From Pseudomonadota bacterium (GTDB taxonomy: Bacteria > Pseudomonadota > Gammaproteobacteria > Steroidobacterales > MnTg04), in the NCBI GenBank assembly GCA_022560735.1, contig JADFSO010000009.1, positions 8,519 to 72,518 of the forward strand: a stretch of DNA of 64,000 nt, written 5' to 3'. The notes beneath the pieces were generated by a model that saw only the letters and a list, made by a program, of their open reading frames with translations, did not search any database and was not told the origin of the DNA. The stretch's first letter is position 1. The number at the start of each line of letters is the position of its first letter. Of the stretch, positions 47,886 through 57,650 are shown one piece after another. Made by a program: the position numbers and the translations under genes.

Positions 47886-49073
47886 TCAGATCGCCAATGC
47901 TGGTTGGAGGCGATAGCTTTTCAGTACTTCGGCGAATTCCTGTAGCGCGCGGATGCCGCTGGCTTCCGCTTCCGCGATCCAGTCGTGTAACTGGCTGAGC
48001 AGTTTCTCGTTGCTGACATCGGTCGCGCCGGTCCAAAGATCGCGCAGCCGTTCACGAAACTCAACGACGGTTTTCAGTGCGTGATTGTTGTCCAGGATCT
48101 CGTGCAGGCGTGCATGGGCTTTTTCATCGAGCAAAGTCGGTCGCCGAACCAGTAATTTGCGCGCCCGGCGCAACAAACCGTCGCCCGCATCCGCGCCACG
48201 CAACTCCTTGTGGAATACAGGCAGCGTCACTGTTTTTGTGTAATTTCGCAGCACATGCATGCGATTGATGATGATTGCGCGCAGGGCTTCCAGATTAGCC
48301 ACCGGCTCGTCCGCAAACACCGGCGCCGGCACGACCCGGCGGACCTTGGCCAGGCCAAGGAATTTCAAAACGCTGATAAACCCCCAGCCGATATCGAATT
48401 CCCATGGACGGACCGAAAATTTTGCTGAACTTGGGAAGGCGTGGTGATTGTTGTGCAACTCTTCGCCGCCAACGATGATCGCGAGCGGGGTGATGTTGGT
48501 CGATGCGTCATCGCATTCGAAATTGCGGTAGCCATAGTAGTGACCGATGCCGTTGATGACGCCCGCGGCAAACAGCGGCATGGAAATCATCTGGAACGCA
48601 ATAATGATGATGCCCGGAACGCCGAACAACACCAGGTCCAGCAGCACCATCAGGATAATCCCGCCAAAGGGCAGACGCTCATAGACGTTTCGCTCGACCC
48701 AGTCGTCGGGGCAACCGCGACCGTATTTCTCCAGCGTTTCCGGATTACAGGCCTGGACCTGGTAAAGTTCGGCGCCTTCCAGCAGGACTTTTTTAAGACC
48801 CAAGATCTGCGGGCTGTGCGGGTCTTCGGTGGTCTCGCAACGTGCGTGGTGCTTGCGATGTACGGCGACCCACTGGCGCGTCAGCATGCCGGAGGTCATC
48901 CAGATCCACAGCCGGAAAAACTGGCGCACCCACGGATGCAGATCCAGTGCGCGGTGGGTTGCGTCCCGGTGCAGATAAACCGTAACCGCGAATATGCTGA
49001 CTTGAAACATGATGAATGCGGCCAGCACATAGCCCCAGAAATCGAGATCGAGAATGCCGTAGAGATATTGCAT
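47886..49073 (-). CDS. Membrane acyl-CoA/acyl-lipid delta-9-type fatty acid desaturase
   Basis: Three His boxes (HRDATHRA, HRKHHARCE, HNNHHAF). ATG at 49073 (MQYLYGILDL) preferred over TTG at 49097. Confidence 0.8.
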   Translation of the reverse strand: MQYLYGILDLDFWGYVLAAFIMFQVSIFAVTVYLHRDATHRALDLHPWVRQFFRLWIWMTSGMLTRQWVAVHRKHHARCETTEDPHSPQILGLKKVLLEGAELYQVQACNPETLEKYGRGCPDDWVERNVYERLPFGGIILMVLLDLVLFGVPGIIIIAFQMISMPLFAAGVINGIGHYYGYRNFECDDASTNITPLAIIVGGEELHNNHHAFPSSAKFSVRPWEFDIGWGFISVLKFLGLAKVRRVVPAPVFADEPVANLEALRAIIINRMHVLRNYTKTVTLPVFHKELRGADAGDGLLRRARKLLVRRPTLLDEKAHARLHEILDNNHALKTVVEFRERLRDLWTGATDVSNEKLLSQLHDWIAEAEASGIRALQEFAEVLKSYRLQPALAI

Positions 49074-49214
49074 CAAATCGTTGTCCTGTCGGCGCAAACG
49101 CGCGCACTATAGCTTATGACACCTGCTGGTTAAAGGAATCACATCATAATATTGCGCAGCAGCATGGAAAATACAGGCACGGCGCTGTCAAACAGATGAT
49201 TTAAAAGGATTTTT

Positions 49215-50030
49215 ATGCCGGAACTCCCCGAGGTAGAAACCGCTCGACGGGGCATAGAACCGCATCTGCGGGGCCAGCGCATCGCCCGTGTAGACCTGCG
49301 CCAGACCCGCCTCCGCTTCCCGGTAACCCGTGGGCTCGTGAAATCCCTGACCGGCGCCAGGATTGCCGCGGTCGGACGCCGCGGCAAGTATCTGCTGGTC
49401 AGGACCGATCGCGGCACCTTGCTCATACACCTGGGCATGTCCGGCAGCCTCCGAATCCTGGCCGGGTTTGAGGCAGCCGGTCGCCATGACCATTGCGATA
49501 TCTGGCTGGAAAATGGCCACGGGCTCCGCTTCACCGACCCGCGCCGGTTCGGCAGCCTGCTCTGGACCACCAAAGACCCGCTGCAGCACCGCCTGCTAAA
49601 ACACCTGGGCCCCGAACCACTGACCAAGGATTTCAGTGGCGCTTACCTGTATGCGCTTGCGCACCGCCGTAAAATGGCGATCAAACCATTGATCATGGAT
49701 GCGCAGGTCGTGGTGGGTATCGGCAATATCTATGCCAGCGAAGCGCTTTTCGCGGCCGGCATCCGGCCTACCCGGCAGTCGGGCCGCATCAGCCTCGAAC
49801 GTATGGAATTGCTGGTTACCCGGATCAAGGAGGTGCTGCGCAAGGCGATCAGGGCCGGCGGCACCACGCTGCGTGATTTCACCGGGAGCGACGGCACGCC
49901 CGGGTATTTTGCGCAGGAATTATCGGTGTATGACCGGGCGGGCCAGCCGTGTCCGCGGTGCTCCGCACCGGTTCGAAAGAAGGTTCTTGGCCAGAGAGCC
50001 TCCTATTATTGCGTGGCTTGCCAGTCCTGA
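49215..50030 (+). CDS. mutM: Formamidopyrimidine-DNA glycosylase
   Basis: MPELPEVETARRG and a C-terminal zinc finger CPRCSAPV..YYCVACQ. Confidence 0.95.
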   Translation: MPELPEVETARRGIEPHLRGQRIARVDLRQTRLRFPVTRGLVKSLTGARIAAVGRRGKYLLVRTDRGTLLIHLGMSGSLRILAGFEAAGRHDHCDIWLENGHGLRFTDPRRFGSLLWTTKDPLQHRLLKHLGPEPLTKDFSGAYLYALAHRRKMAIKPLIMDAQVVVGIGNIYASEALFAAGIRPTRQSGRISLERMELLVTRIKEVLRKAIRAGGTTLRDFTGSDGTPGYFAQELSVYDRAGQPCPRCSAPVRKKVLGQRASYYCVACQS

Positions 50031-50058
50031 CCGCGAGCGGCTTCATGAATAAGCGGGG

Positions 50059-50797
<739 letters not shown>

Positions 50798-50806
50798 AGC
50801 CTTCCT

Positions 50807-51388
50807 TCAGCCCGGTGGATGTGGTCGACGAAACAAATAATAACCGACTTGACCGGCTTTGCTGTCCCGCCAAAGCACCCATCCAGGCGGCATGCCCGGT
50901 AGCGGTTCGCGAGCCGGCTTCTCAGCATAGACGAAAGCATCTTTGCCGAGCCAGCCATTGGCTTCAAGTGCCTGCATCGCTGACGCCAGCAACGTACTTT
51001 GGTAGGGCGGGTCGAGAAAAACGATATCGAACTTCCGCACCGGCCCTTGCAGGAATTTCAACGCGTCACCGCAGACGACCTCCGCTTCGGCCCCGATTAC
51101 CTCGAGCTGATCCAGCAAGTGCGACGATGCCCGCCGGTTTTTTTCGACAAAAACCACGCTCGCAGCGCCTCTCGACAAAGCCTCGATACCCAGCGCACCG
51201 CTGCCCGCGAACAAATCCAGGCATACGGCGTTTTCGACCGGTTTTGCAAGCCAGTTGAACAAGGTCTCGCGCACGCGGTCCGGTGTCGGCCGCACGCCCG
51301 CAACATCGGCAATGGCCATTTTTCTGCCACGCCAGCGACCGCCGATGATGCGATATTTGCCCGGGAGTCCTGAATTCCTATGTTGCAC
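50807..51388 (-). CDS. rsmD: 16S rRNA (guanine966-N2)-methyltransferase
   Basis: RIIGGRWRGRK, DLFAGSGALGIEALSRGA, FLDPPY. Confidence 0.9.
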   Translation of the reverse strand: MQHRNSGLPGKYRIIGGRWRGRKMAIADVAGVRPTPDRVRETLFNWLAKPVENAVCLDLFAGSGALGIEALSRGAASVVFVEKNRRASSHLLDQLEVIGAEAEVVCGDALKFLQGPVRKFDIVFLDPPYQSTLLASAMQALEANGWLGKDAFVYAEKPAREPLPGMPPGWVLWRDSKAGQVGYYLFRRPHPPG

Positions 51389-51548
51389 TGCAGTATCGAT
51401 CCTCGATTCTGACCGGTAGCCGTCGCCTATAGCCGGTTTCGGGCCCCACTGTTTCTTGCGTTTTACAAGATAACAAGCGTAATCTTAGCAGCACAAATAA
51501 GCCCGCCGGGGTTAATCAAAACAAAAGCTATACCTCAGGAGCTAAGGC

Positions 51549-53753
51549 ATGAATCCACGTATTGCCGCGGTACTTTTCACCGCCAGTCTTTTTTTAACGG
51601 GATGTTTCTCGGACGCAGACAAGAAAGATATAGTCGGCAGCATGGCGCCGGCCCCACCGCCGGGCGGTACAGCGCCGCCACCGCCTGCGACTGGCTTCAG
51701 GGCGATTTACGTGCTCGCCGCGGGTGCGTTGCCATACCCGAACTCGCTGTTTTTCAACGGCAGCACCGATGGCACGATGAACCTGCCGATACTCGCCACA
51801 TCGCCGCTTAACGAATCGCTAAACACCCTCGACGGTTTTTCGACTACCCAGTATTTCAACCAGATTTTCAGCGCGCCGATTAATCCTGCGACCATCATTG
51901 GCGGCGTTACGGTCAATGTGCTCGAGGTGGTCGAGGACCTGGCCACGACGGCCACCGTTGGCGTGGTCGGGGTTTTGATACCGGGCGTGGACTACAGTGT
52001 CGGCCTCTCCCCGGATCTCGATGCGGGTACGACGACCCTGCAGGTTCGGCCCTTGACGCCGCTCAATCCTTCGAGCTCTTACCTGGTGTTGATGACGAAC
52101 GGCATTGCCGACATCTCCGGAAGCGCGGCAACGGCGGACACCGATTATGCCGGGCTGCGCGACGCGGCGCTTGCCGGCATCACCCTGCCCGACCCCACGC
52201 AGGATGGCCTGCGGCAACTGATCGGCGCTCACCTTGCGATCGCGGGGGCGATCGGGATGGACCCGGCATCGATTATTTCCAGCGCCAATTTCCGCACCCA
52301 GTCGATCGGCAATGTCATGGCCGCGGCTGCAGCACAGACCGTGGGACAGGGCGCCGTGGTCGGACCATTCCCCGGTGCCGGGGTAGTGCCGGGATGTCTG
52401 ACCCCGATTCTGACTACACTCTGCGTGCTGCCGCCGAGCGCGATGCCGAGCGGCAATGCTGACATTTACGTCGGTCAGCTTTTGGTCGATTACTACAGCG
52501 ACACACCGGCAATCGATCCGGTAACCGGCCTGCCGGACACCAATGACGTTGCCGTCATCGAGTCGATATGGACCGGCGCGCCCTTCACGCTCGACCCGAC
52601 GGCCGCACCGACCAATTTTGTGCATCGTTTCAACCCGGTCCCGGTCGCAACGACCACGCTCGGGATTCCGTTGATAATGACCGTACCCAACGCGGCCTCG
52701 GCCTGGATGCAGGCGGTCGGTGCGCCACCGCCAGGCGGCTGGCCGGTGATTGTTTTTTCGCATGGCATTACCCGCAACCGGACCGATATGCTGGCGCTGG
52801 CCGAACCGTTCGCCGATGCCGGTTTCGTAGTCGTTGCGATCGATCACCCCTTGCATGGACTGACCGAGCCGAACCCGCTGGTCGATCCCACCGGGATATT
52901 CTTCCAGGCGGGAAGCGAGCGTACTTTTGACCTCGATGTCATCGACAACGCGACTTTCGCGCCTGGCCCTGACGGGCTGATCGACATATCGGGGTTCCAC
53001 GCATTTCTCAACCTGGGCAACCCGCTGACCATCCGCGATGCCTGGCGCCAGGGCGCAGTCGATCTGCTCGCGCTGGCTCGCACGATCGGCATCATCGATG
53101 TCGATGGCAACGGCAGCCCCAACGATGCAGCGGACCTCGATGGCAACCGGGTGCATTTTGTCGGCCAGTCGCTGGGCAGCATGATCGGCATCAATATGTT
53201 GAGCCACCAAAACAACGATTTCGAATCGGCGACACTGGGCGTGCCCGGTGGCCTGATTCTGCAACTGGCGCTGGATTCGCAATCGTTCGGCGCGCTGGTT
53301 ACCGGCGCGCTCGCGGCGCAGGGCCTGACGCCGGGCACATCGTTGTTCAATAACACCCTCCGTGACATGCAAACCGCTATCGATGGGGCCGACCCGTGGA
53401 ACTTCGCGGCCGGGGCCCTGGGCCAGCCGGTACACATGATCGAGGTTATCGGCGATGCGACCGTGCCCAATAGCGCGACCGAGCGGCTGATCGATGTCAT
53501 GGGGCTTCCCGGCATCTCGGCTGCGGCCTGTGGTGGAGCGGCCCCCTGTCCGAACTTCGTCTCACAGGGTGTGGTTCGTTTCACCGAGGGCAGCCATGGC
53601 TCGCAGCTCGATCCCACGGCCAGCCTCGCCGCGACTATCGAGATGATGACGGAGACAGTCGTCTTCCATGCCGGTAACGCGCCAGCCGGAATCCCCGGCG
53701 GGGGACTGGTCATCCTGATCAGCAATCCGGCGGTGATTTCGACCCAGCCGTAG
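51549..53753 (+). CDS. Lipoprotein lipase/esterase of the bacterial virulence-factor-lipase type (N-terminal Pro-rich domain + alpha/beta hydrolase)
   Basis: Lipobox LFLTGC. Pro-rich linker. GxSxG nucleophile elbow FVGQSLGSMIG. Candidate Asp (VIGDATVPN) and His (EGSHGS). Confidence 0.6.
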   Translation: MNPRIAAVLFTASLFLTGCFSDADKKDIVGSMAPAPPPGGTAPPPPATGFRAIYVLAAGALPYPNSLFFNGSTDGTMNLPILATSPLNESLNTLDGFSTTQYFNQIFSAPINPATIIGGVTVNVLEVVEDLATTATVGVVGVLIPGVDYSVGLSPDLDAGTTTLQVRPLTPLNPSSSYLVLMTNGIADISGSAATADTDYAGLRDAALAGITLPDPTQDGLRQLIGAHLAIAGAIGMDPASIISSANFRTQSIGNVMAAAAAQTVGQGAVVGPFPGAGVVPGCLTPILTTLCVLPPSAMPSGNADIYVGQLLVDYYSDTPAIDPVTGLPDTNDVAVIESIWTGAPFTLDPTAAPTNFVHRFNPVPVATTTLGIPLIMTVPNAASAWMQAVGAPPPGGWPVIVFSHGITRNRTDMLALAEPFADAGFVVVAIDHPLHGLTEPNPLVDPTGIFFQAGSERTFDLDVIDNATFAPGPDGLIDISGFHAFLNLGNPLTIRDAWRQGAVDLLALARTIGIIDVDGNGSPNDAADLDGNRVHFVGQSLGSMIGINMLSHQNNDFESATLGVPGGLILQLALDSQSFGALVTGALAAQGLTPGTSLFNNTLRDMQTAIDGADPWNFAAGALGQPVHMIEVIGDATVPNSATERLIDVMGLPGISAAACGGAAPCPNFVSQGVVRFTEGSHGSQLDPTASLAATIEMMTETVVFHAGNAPAGIPGGGLVILISNPAVISTQP

Positions 53754-53774
53754 ATTCGCGCAATAACAAAAAAT

Positions 53775-53806
53775 AAGGGCGGCTTGCAGGCCGCCCTTAT
53801 TTTATT
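53775..53806 (+). terminator. Rho-independent terminator after the lipase gene
   Basis: AAGGGCGGC-TTGCAG-GCCGCCCTT followed by ATTTTATT. Confidence 0.75.
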
Positions 53807-53855
53807 CCTGCCCGCGGCTGGCTAGCATTAACGGAGCTTAGTAAACTCTGCCCCG

Positions 53856-54836
53856 ATGCTTAAACGGAAATCCTACGCAGCGAAGGATGAGACACGACAG
53901 AAACCCACAGGGTTTCTGCAACGTGTACGGCAACGTCTCAACAAAGGCGACTCCTGGCTGACCCGCGACCTCGCAGACTTTGTACCGGGCGGCAGGATCG
54001 ATGACGCGGTCATGGATGAGCTCGAAACACGGTTGTTGCTGGCCGATGTCGGCTTCGATGCAACCCGTGAGATTATCGATGCGCTTAACCATCGTGTCGT
54101 GCGCAAGGAACTGAAGGATCTGGACGCACTGCTGGCCGCGCTCGAAGAAAGCCTGTTTGAAATTCTTGCGCCATGCGAACAGCCCTTGTCGATCCCGCAA
54201 GGCACGGGGCCGTTTACGATCCTGGTCGTTGGCGTCAACGGTGCGGGCAAGACCACGACCATCGGCAAACTGGCCAGGCGGCTGACCGACGATGGTTACC
54301 GCGTGATGCTGGCCGCGGGCGATACATTCCGTGCGGCCGCGATCGAGCAACTCCAGGTCTGGGGCGAAAGAAACAACGTCCCGGTCATTGCGCAAAAGCC
54401 GGGCGCCGACCCGGCCGCGGTAATTTTTGACGCGATGGCGGCGGCGAAGGCGCGTGGCATCGATGTGCTTCTGGCCGACACGGCCGGTCGGCTGCAGAGC
54501 CAGTCGCACCTGATGGAAGAGCTAAAGAAAATCCGTCGAGTCATGCGCAAGGCTGACGAGCATGCGCCGCAGGAAACCCTGTTGGTCCTTGACGCCGGCC
54601 TGGGCCAGAATGCCCTGTCGCAGGCGCGCCAGTTTGACGAGGCGATCGGGCTGAGCGGGCTGGTGGTCACCAAGCTGGATGGCACGGCCAAGGGCGGAAT
54701 CGTCGTGGCGCTGGCGGGGAAAATGTCGCTGCCGCTGCGCTTCATTGGCGTCGGTGAGTCTGCCGAGGATCTCGGGCCTTTCGATGCCAGGACATTTGCC
54801 CGCACGCTGGTGGCGGGCCCGGGAGATAGCGCGTGA
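53856..54836 (+). CDS. ftsY: Signal-recognition-particle receptor FtsY (short N-terminal form)
   Basis: 326 aa. GVNGAGKTTTIGKLA, DTAGRL, TKLDGTAKGG. Confidence 0.95.
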   Translation: MLKRKSYAAKDETRQKPTGFLQRVRQRLNKGDSWLTRDLADFVPGGRIDDAVMDELETRLLLADVGFDATREIIDALNHRVVRKELKDLDALLAALEESLFEILAPCEQPLSIPQGTGPFTILVVGVNGAGKTTTIGKLARRLTDDGYRVMLAAGDTFRAAAIEQLQVWGERNNVPVIAQKPGADPAAVIFDAMAAAKARGIDVLLADTAGRLQSQSHLMEELKKIRRVMRKADEHAPQETLLVLDAGLGQNALSQARQFDEAIGLSGLVVTKLDGTAKGGIVVALAGKMSLPLRFIGVGESAEDLGPFDARTFARTLVAGPGDSA

Positions 54837-55522
54837 TCACGCTCGAGCATGTCAGCAAGCGATATCCCGGCGGTAGCGAAGCCTTGTCCGAGCTGAGTCT
54901 TGGCATCGAAAAAGGTGAGATGGTTTTTCTGACCGGTCATTCGGGCGCCGGCAAGAGCACGCTCTTGAAGTTGCTGGCGCTGATCGAAAGACCGACCCGT
55001 GGGCAGGTTATCGTCAACGGACAAAACACGGCCAAGGTCAGTCGCAGGCGGATACCGGCGTATCGGCGAAAAATCGGCATGGTTTTTCAGGATCACAAAC
55101 TCCTGCTGGATCGCACGGTGTTCGACAATGTCGCGCTGCCGCTGGTGATCGCCGGCATGGGCCGGCGGGAGACCGCGCGCCGGGTGAGGGCGGCTATCGA
55201 CCAGGTCGGCCTGCTGAGCAAGGAGAAACTGCTGCCGATGGCGCTGTCCACAGGCGAGCAGCAAAGAGTCGGCATCGCCAGGGCGGTTGTCAGCAAACCC
55301 GAGCTTTTGATCGCGGACGAACCCACCGGCAACCTGGATCCGGAACTGTCGCTTGAGATCATGAACCTGTTCGATCGCTTTAACGAAGTCGGTGTCACCT
55401 TGTTGATCGCCAGTCACGATATCGAACTGGTCCGGCGTATGGGTAGAAGACGAATCGTTTTGCACGAGGGTCGCCTGCAGGCCGACAGCGGAGCGGACGG
55501 GCAACTCCATGGCACGGTCTAA
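54833..55522 (+). CDS. ftsE: Cell-division ABC ATPase FtsE
   Basis: GTGA overlap with ftsY. GHSGAGKST, LSTGEQQRVGIARA, LLIADEPTGNLD. Confidence 0.95.
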   Translation: MITLEHVSKRYPGGSEALSELSLGIEKGEMVFLTGHSGAGKSTLLKLLALIERPTRGQVIVNGQNTAKVSRRRIPAYRRKIGMVFQDHKLLLDRTVFDNVALPLVIAGMGRRETARRVRAAIDQVGLLSKEKLLPMALSTGEQQRVGIARAVVSKPELLIADEPTGNLDPELSLEIMNLFDRFNEVGVTLLIASHDIELVRRMGRRRIVLHEGRLQADSGADGQLHGTV

Positions 55523-56477
55523 AAATCCGCGCGCCGGCAAAATCGGTATCCAGGGCCGGATACTCGGCTACCTGCTCAGGCATGTGCAAAACCTGCTGGG
55601 CGCGCTCGGTGGCTTATGCCGCCAGCCGCTTGCCAGCCTGATGACCGTATCGGTCATCGGTATCGCGCTTTCCATGCCGGCGGGATTGCACCTGATGGTC
55701 GAAAACGGCCGCGCTTTGAGCGGCGGCTGGGAGAGCACGCTGGAATGGTCGGTGTACCTGAAACCGGGTGTCAGCGAGCGCCGGGCGCAGACGCTGGCGG
55801 ACGAGTTGCAGGGCCAGCCTGGAATCGAAAAGGTCACCGTTATTACCGCGGATCAGGCGCTGGAAGAATTCCGCACCGGCTCCGGTTTTGGCGAGGCGCT
55901 GGAACTGCTCACCGACAATCCCTTGCCAAATGTGCTGGTCGTCCAGCCATCGGCCGACTCCGAAAGCGCCGGGCAGACGACACGGCTCGCAGACGAGTTG
56001 AAAAAGCTTGGCGATGTCGACCTCGTGCAACTGGACACGGCCTGGGTCCAGCGTTTTCACGCCATCCTGGATACGGTGCGCCGTGCGGTAACCCTGGCTT
56101 CCGCAGTGCTTGCCCTGGGCGTGTTGCTGATCGTCGGCAATACGATCCGGCTCGATATCCTGAACCGCCGCCAGGAAATCGAGGTGGCCAAGCTGGTCGG
56201 CGCCAGCGACGCATTCATTCGCAGGCCGTTTCTTTATCTCGGTCTTTGGTATGGAGTCGGCGGTGGGATCCTGGCAGTCGCGCTGGTTCAGCTGGTCGGG
56301 TTGTTGCTAAGAGAACCGGTCAGCCGGGTCGCGGGTCTGTATGGCAGCGATTACCGGCTGCTGAGCCTCGCCGCGGACGAGGCAGGGCTCTTGCTGTTCG
56401 CAGGCGCGTTTCTGGGTTGGCTGGGTTCGTGGATTGCGGCATCGCGGCATCTGCGCGATATGGATCCTGAATTCTGA
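55509..56477 (+). CDS. ftsX: Cell-division permease-like protein FtsX
   Basis: 322 aa. N-terminal TM, periplasmic domain, three C-terminal TM helices. Conserved position after ftsE. Confidence 0.9.
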   Translation: MARSKNPRAGKIGIQGRILGYLLRHVQNLLGALGGLCRQPLASLMTVSVIGIALSMPAGLHLMVENGRALSGGWESTLEWSVYLKPGVSERRAQTLADELQGQPGIEKVTVITADQALEEFRTGSGFGEALELLTDNPLPNVLVVQPSADSESAGQTTRLADELKKLGDVDLVQLDTAWVQRFHAILDTVRRAVTLASAVLALGVLLIVGNTIRLDILNRRQEIEVAKLVGASDAFIRRPFLYLGLWYGVGGGILAVALVQLVGLLLREPVSRVAGLYGSDYRLLSLAADEAGLLLFAGAFLGWLGSWIAASRHLRDMDPEF

Positions 56478-56530
56478 TGTTATTTTCGTAACTCATTGTT
56501 TTTTATTCCTTTTTATTTTTTACCTGACTG

Positions 56531-56557
56531 GAACCTGGAGTGAATTTAGCACTCCAA
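56531..56557 (+). promoter_or_regulatory. Candidate sigmaE (RpoE)-type promoter of rpoH
   Basis: GAACCT-N16-TCCAA, the same layout as E. coli rpoH P3 (GAACTT-N16-TCTGA, from memory). The -10 element lies inside the left CIRCE arm. Confidence 0.35.
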
Positions 56558-56572
56558 GCAATAGAGTGCTAA
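56546..56572. promoter_or_regulatory. CIRCE operator (HrcA binding site)
   Basis: TTAGCACTC-CAAGCAATA-GAGTGCTAA is an 18/18 match to the CIRCE consensus TTAGCACTC-N9-GAGTGCTAA, 36 nt upstream of the rpoH ATG. Confidence 0.8.
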
Positions 56573-56607
56573 AATAGCGTTGTCGCTTTGGGAGGAACAA
56601 TCTGACG

Positions 56608-57471
56608 ATGAGTAACGCCCTGTTGGTGAAAAATTTTGCGCTGACCAGCCCGGCCGCCGCCGGCAGCCTGGATCAGTACTTGCAGACCATAGGCAAGATT
56701 CCGGTGCTATCGCGGGAAGAAGAGCAAATTCTCGCCCGCCGCCTGCGTGATCATGATGATCTCGAGGCCGCGCGTATGCTGGTCGTTTCCCACTTGCGTT
56801 TTGTCGTCCATATTGCCAAGGGATATACCGGTTACGGGCTTCCCATCGGCGACCTGATCCAGGAAGGCAACGTCGGCCTGATGAAAGCGGTCAAGCGATT
56901 CGATCCGGATGTCGGCGTGCGCATGGTTTCCTTCGCCGTCCACTGGATTCGTGCGGAAATACATGAATTTGTCCTGCGCAACTGGCGGCTGGTCAAAGTG
57001 GCGACCACCAAGGCTCAGCGCAAACTGTTTTTCAACCTGCGCAAAGCCAGGAAAAATCTCAACTGGCTGAGCTCGGACGAAGCAAAGGCGGTTGCGGACG
57101 ACCTCGGGGTTTCGACCCGCGAAGTTTATGAAATGGAGAAGCGCCTGTCGGCGCGTGACCTGTCCATGGATCCAGCACCCGATGCCGGTGACGAGGAAAG
57201 TTATTCGCCGGCCGCGTATTTGCCCAGCCCGGCCGCCGATCCGGCGCAACTGGTCGAACAGGAAGACTGGCAACAGAAATCCAGCATGCAACTGGCCGAG
57301 GCGATGGAGACGCTGGATGACCGCAGCCGCGATATCCTGCAGCGCCGCTGGCTGACCGATGAAAAAGACACCTTGCACGAACTGGCCGATGAATACGGCA
57401 TCTCCGCGGAGCGCGTTCGCCAGGTCGAGGTAGCCGCAATCGGCAAACTGCGCAAGGCGATGGCGGATTGA
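56608..57471 (+). CDS. rpoH: Heat-shock sigma factor RpoH (sigma-32)
   Basis: 287 aa. RpoB-box-like QRKLFFNLRK, region 2 LIQEGNVGLMKAVKRFDP, region 4 LHELADEYGISAERVRQVE. Conserved ftsYEX-rpoH synteny. Confidence 0.95.
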   Translation: MSNALLVKNFALTSPAAAGSLDQYLQTIGKIPVLSREEEQILARRLRDHDDLEAARMLVVSHLRFVVHIAKGYTGYGLPIGDLIQEGNVGLMKAVKRFDPDVGVRMVSFAVHWIRAEIHEFVLRNWRLVKVATTKAQRKLFFNLRKARKNLNWLSSDEAKAVADDLGVSTREVYEMEKRLSARDLSMDPAPDAGDEESYSPAAYLPSPAADPAQLVEQEDWQQKSSMQLAEAMETLDDRSRDILQRRWLTDEKDTLHELADEYGISAERVRQVEVAAIGKLRKAMAD

Positions 57472-57497
57472 GGCCGGGGTAAAATCCGTTTTGTTCT

Positions 57498-57619
57498 CAT
57501 CGGGCCTGAAGGCCCTCCTGCATTCCGAACACGAACGTGAAGAAGCGGCTCGTAGGAGCGGCTTCAGCCGCGATTGGCGTTCTTCGTTCTTCCATCGGGC
57601 CTGAAGGCCCTCCCTACAG
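57498..57619. repeat. REP cluster (three units), locus C
   Basis: CATCGGGCCTGAAGGCCCTCCTGCA (57498..57522), CGTAGGAGCGGCTTCAGCCGCGATTGG (57551..57577) and CATCGGGCCTGAAGGCCCTCCCTACAG (57593..57619), between convergent rpoH and the ompA-like gene. Confidence 0.8.
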
Positions 57620-57650
57620 CGAATAAAAAATCACGGTATAACCGGACCGG

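Noticed and set aside
51819-53435. 538-aa ORF on the minus strand, antisense to the lipase gene
   Set aside because: Arg/Gly/Pro-rich, low-complexity translation typical of the shadow frame of a GC-rich gene. It has no motifs, and the plus-strand gene has a lipobox, GxSxG and a terminator.
54296-55540. 414-aa ORF antisense to ftsY/ftsE
   Set aside because: It overlaps two unmistakable conserved genes (Walker motifs on the plus strand). The translation is Arg/Ala/Ser-rich with no recognisable domain.
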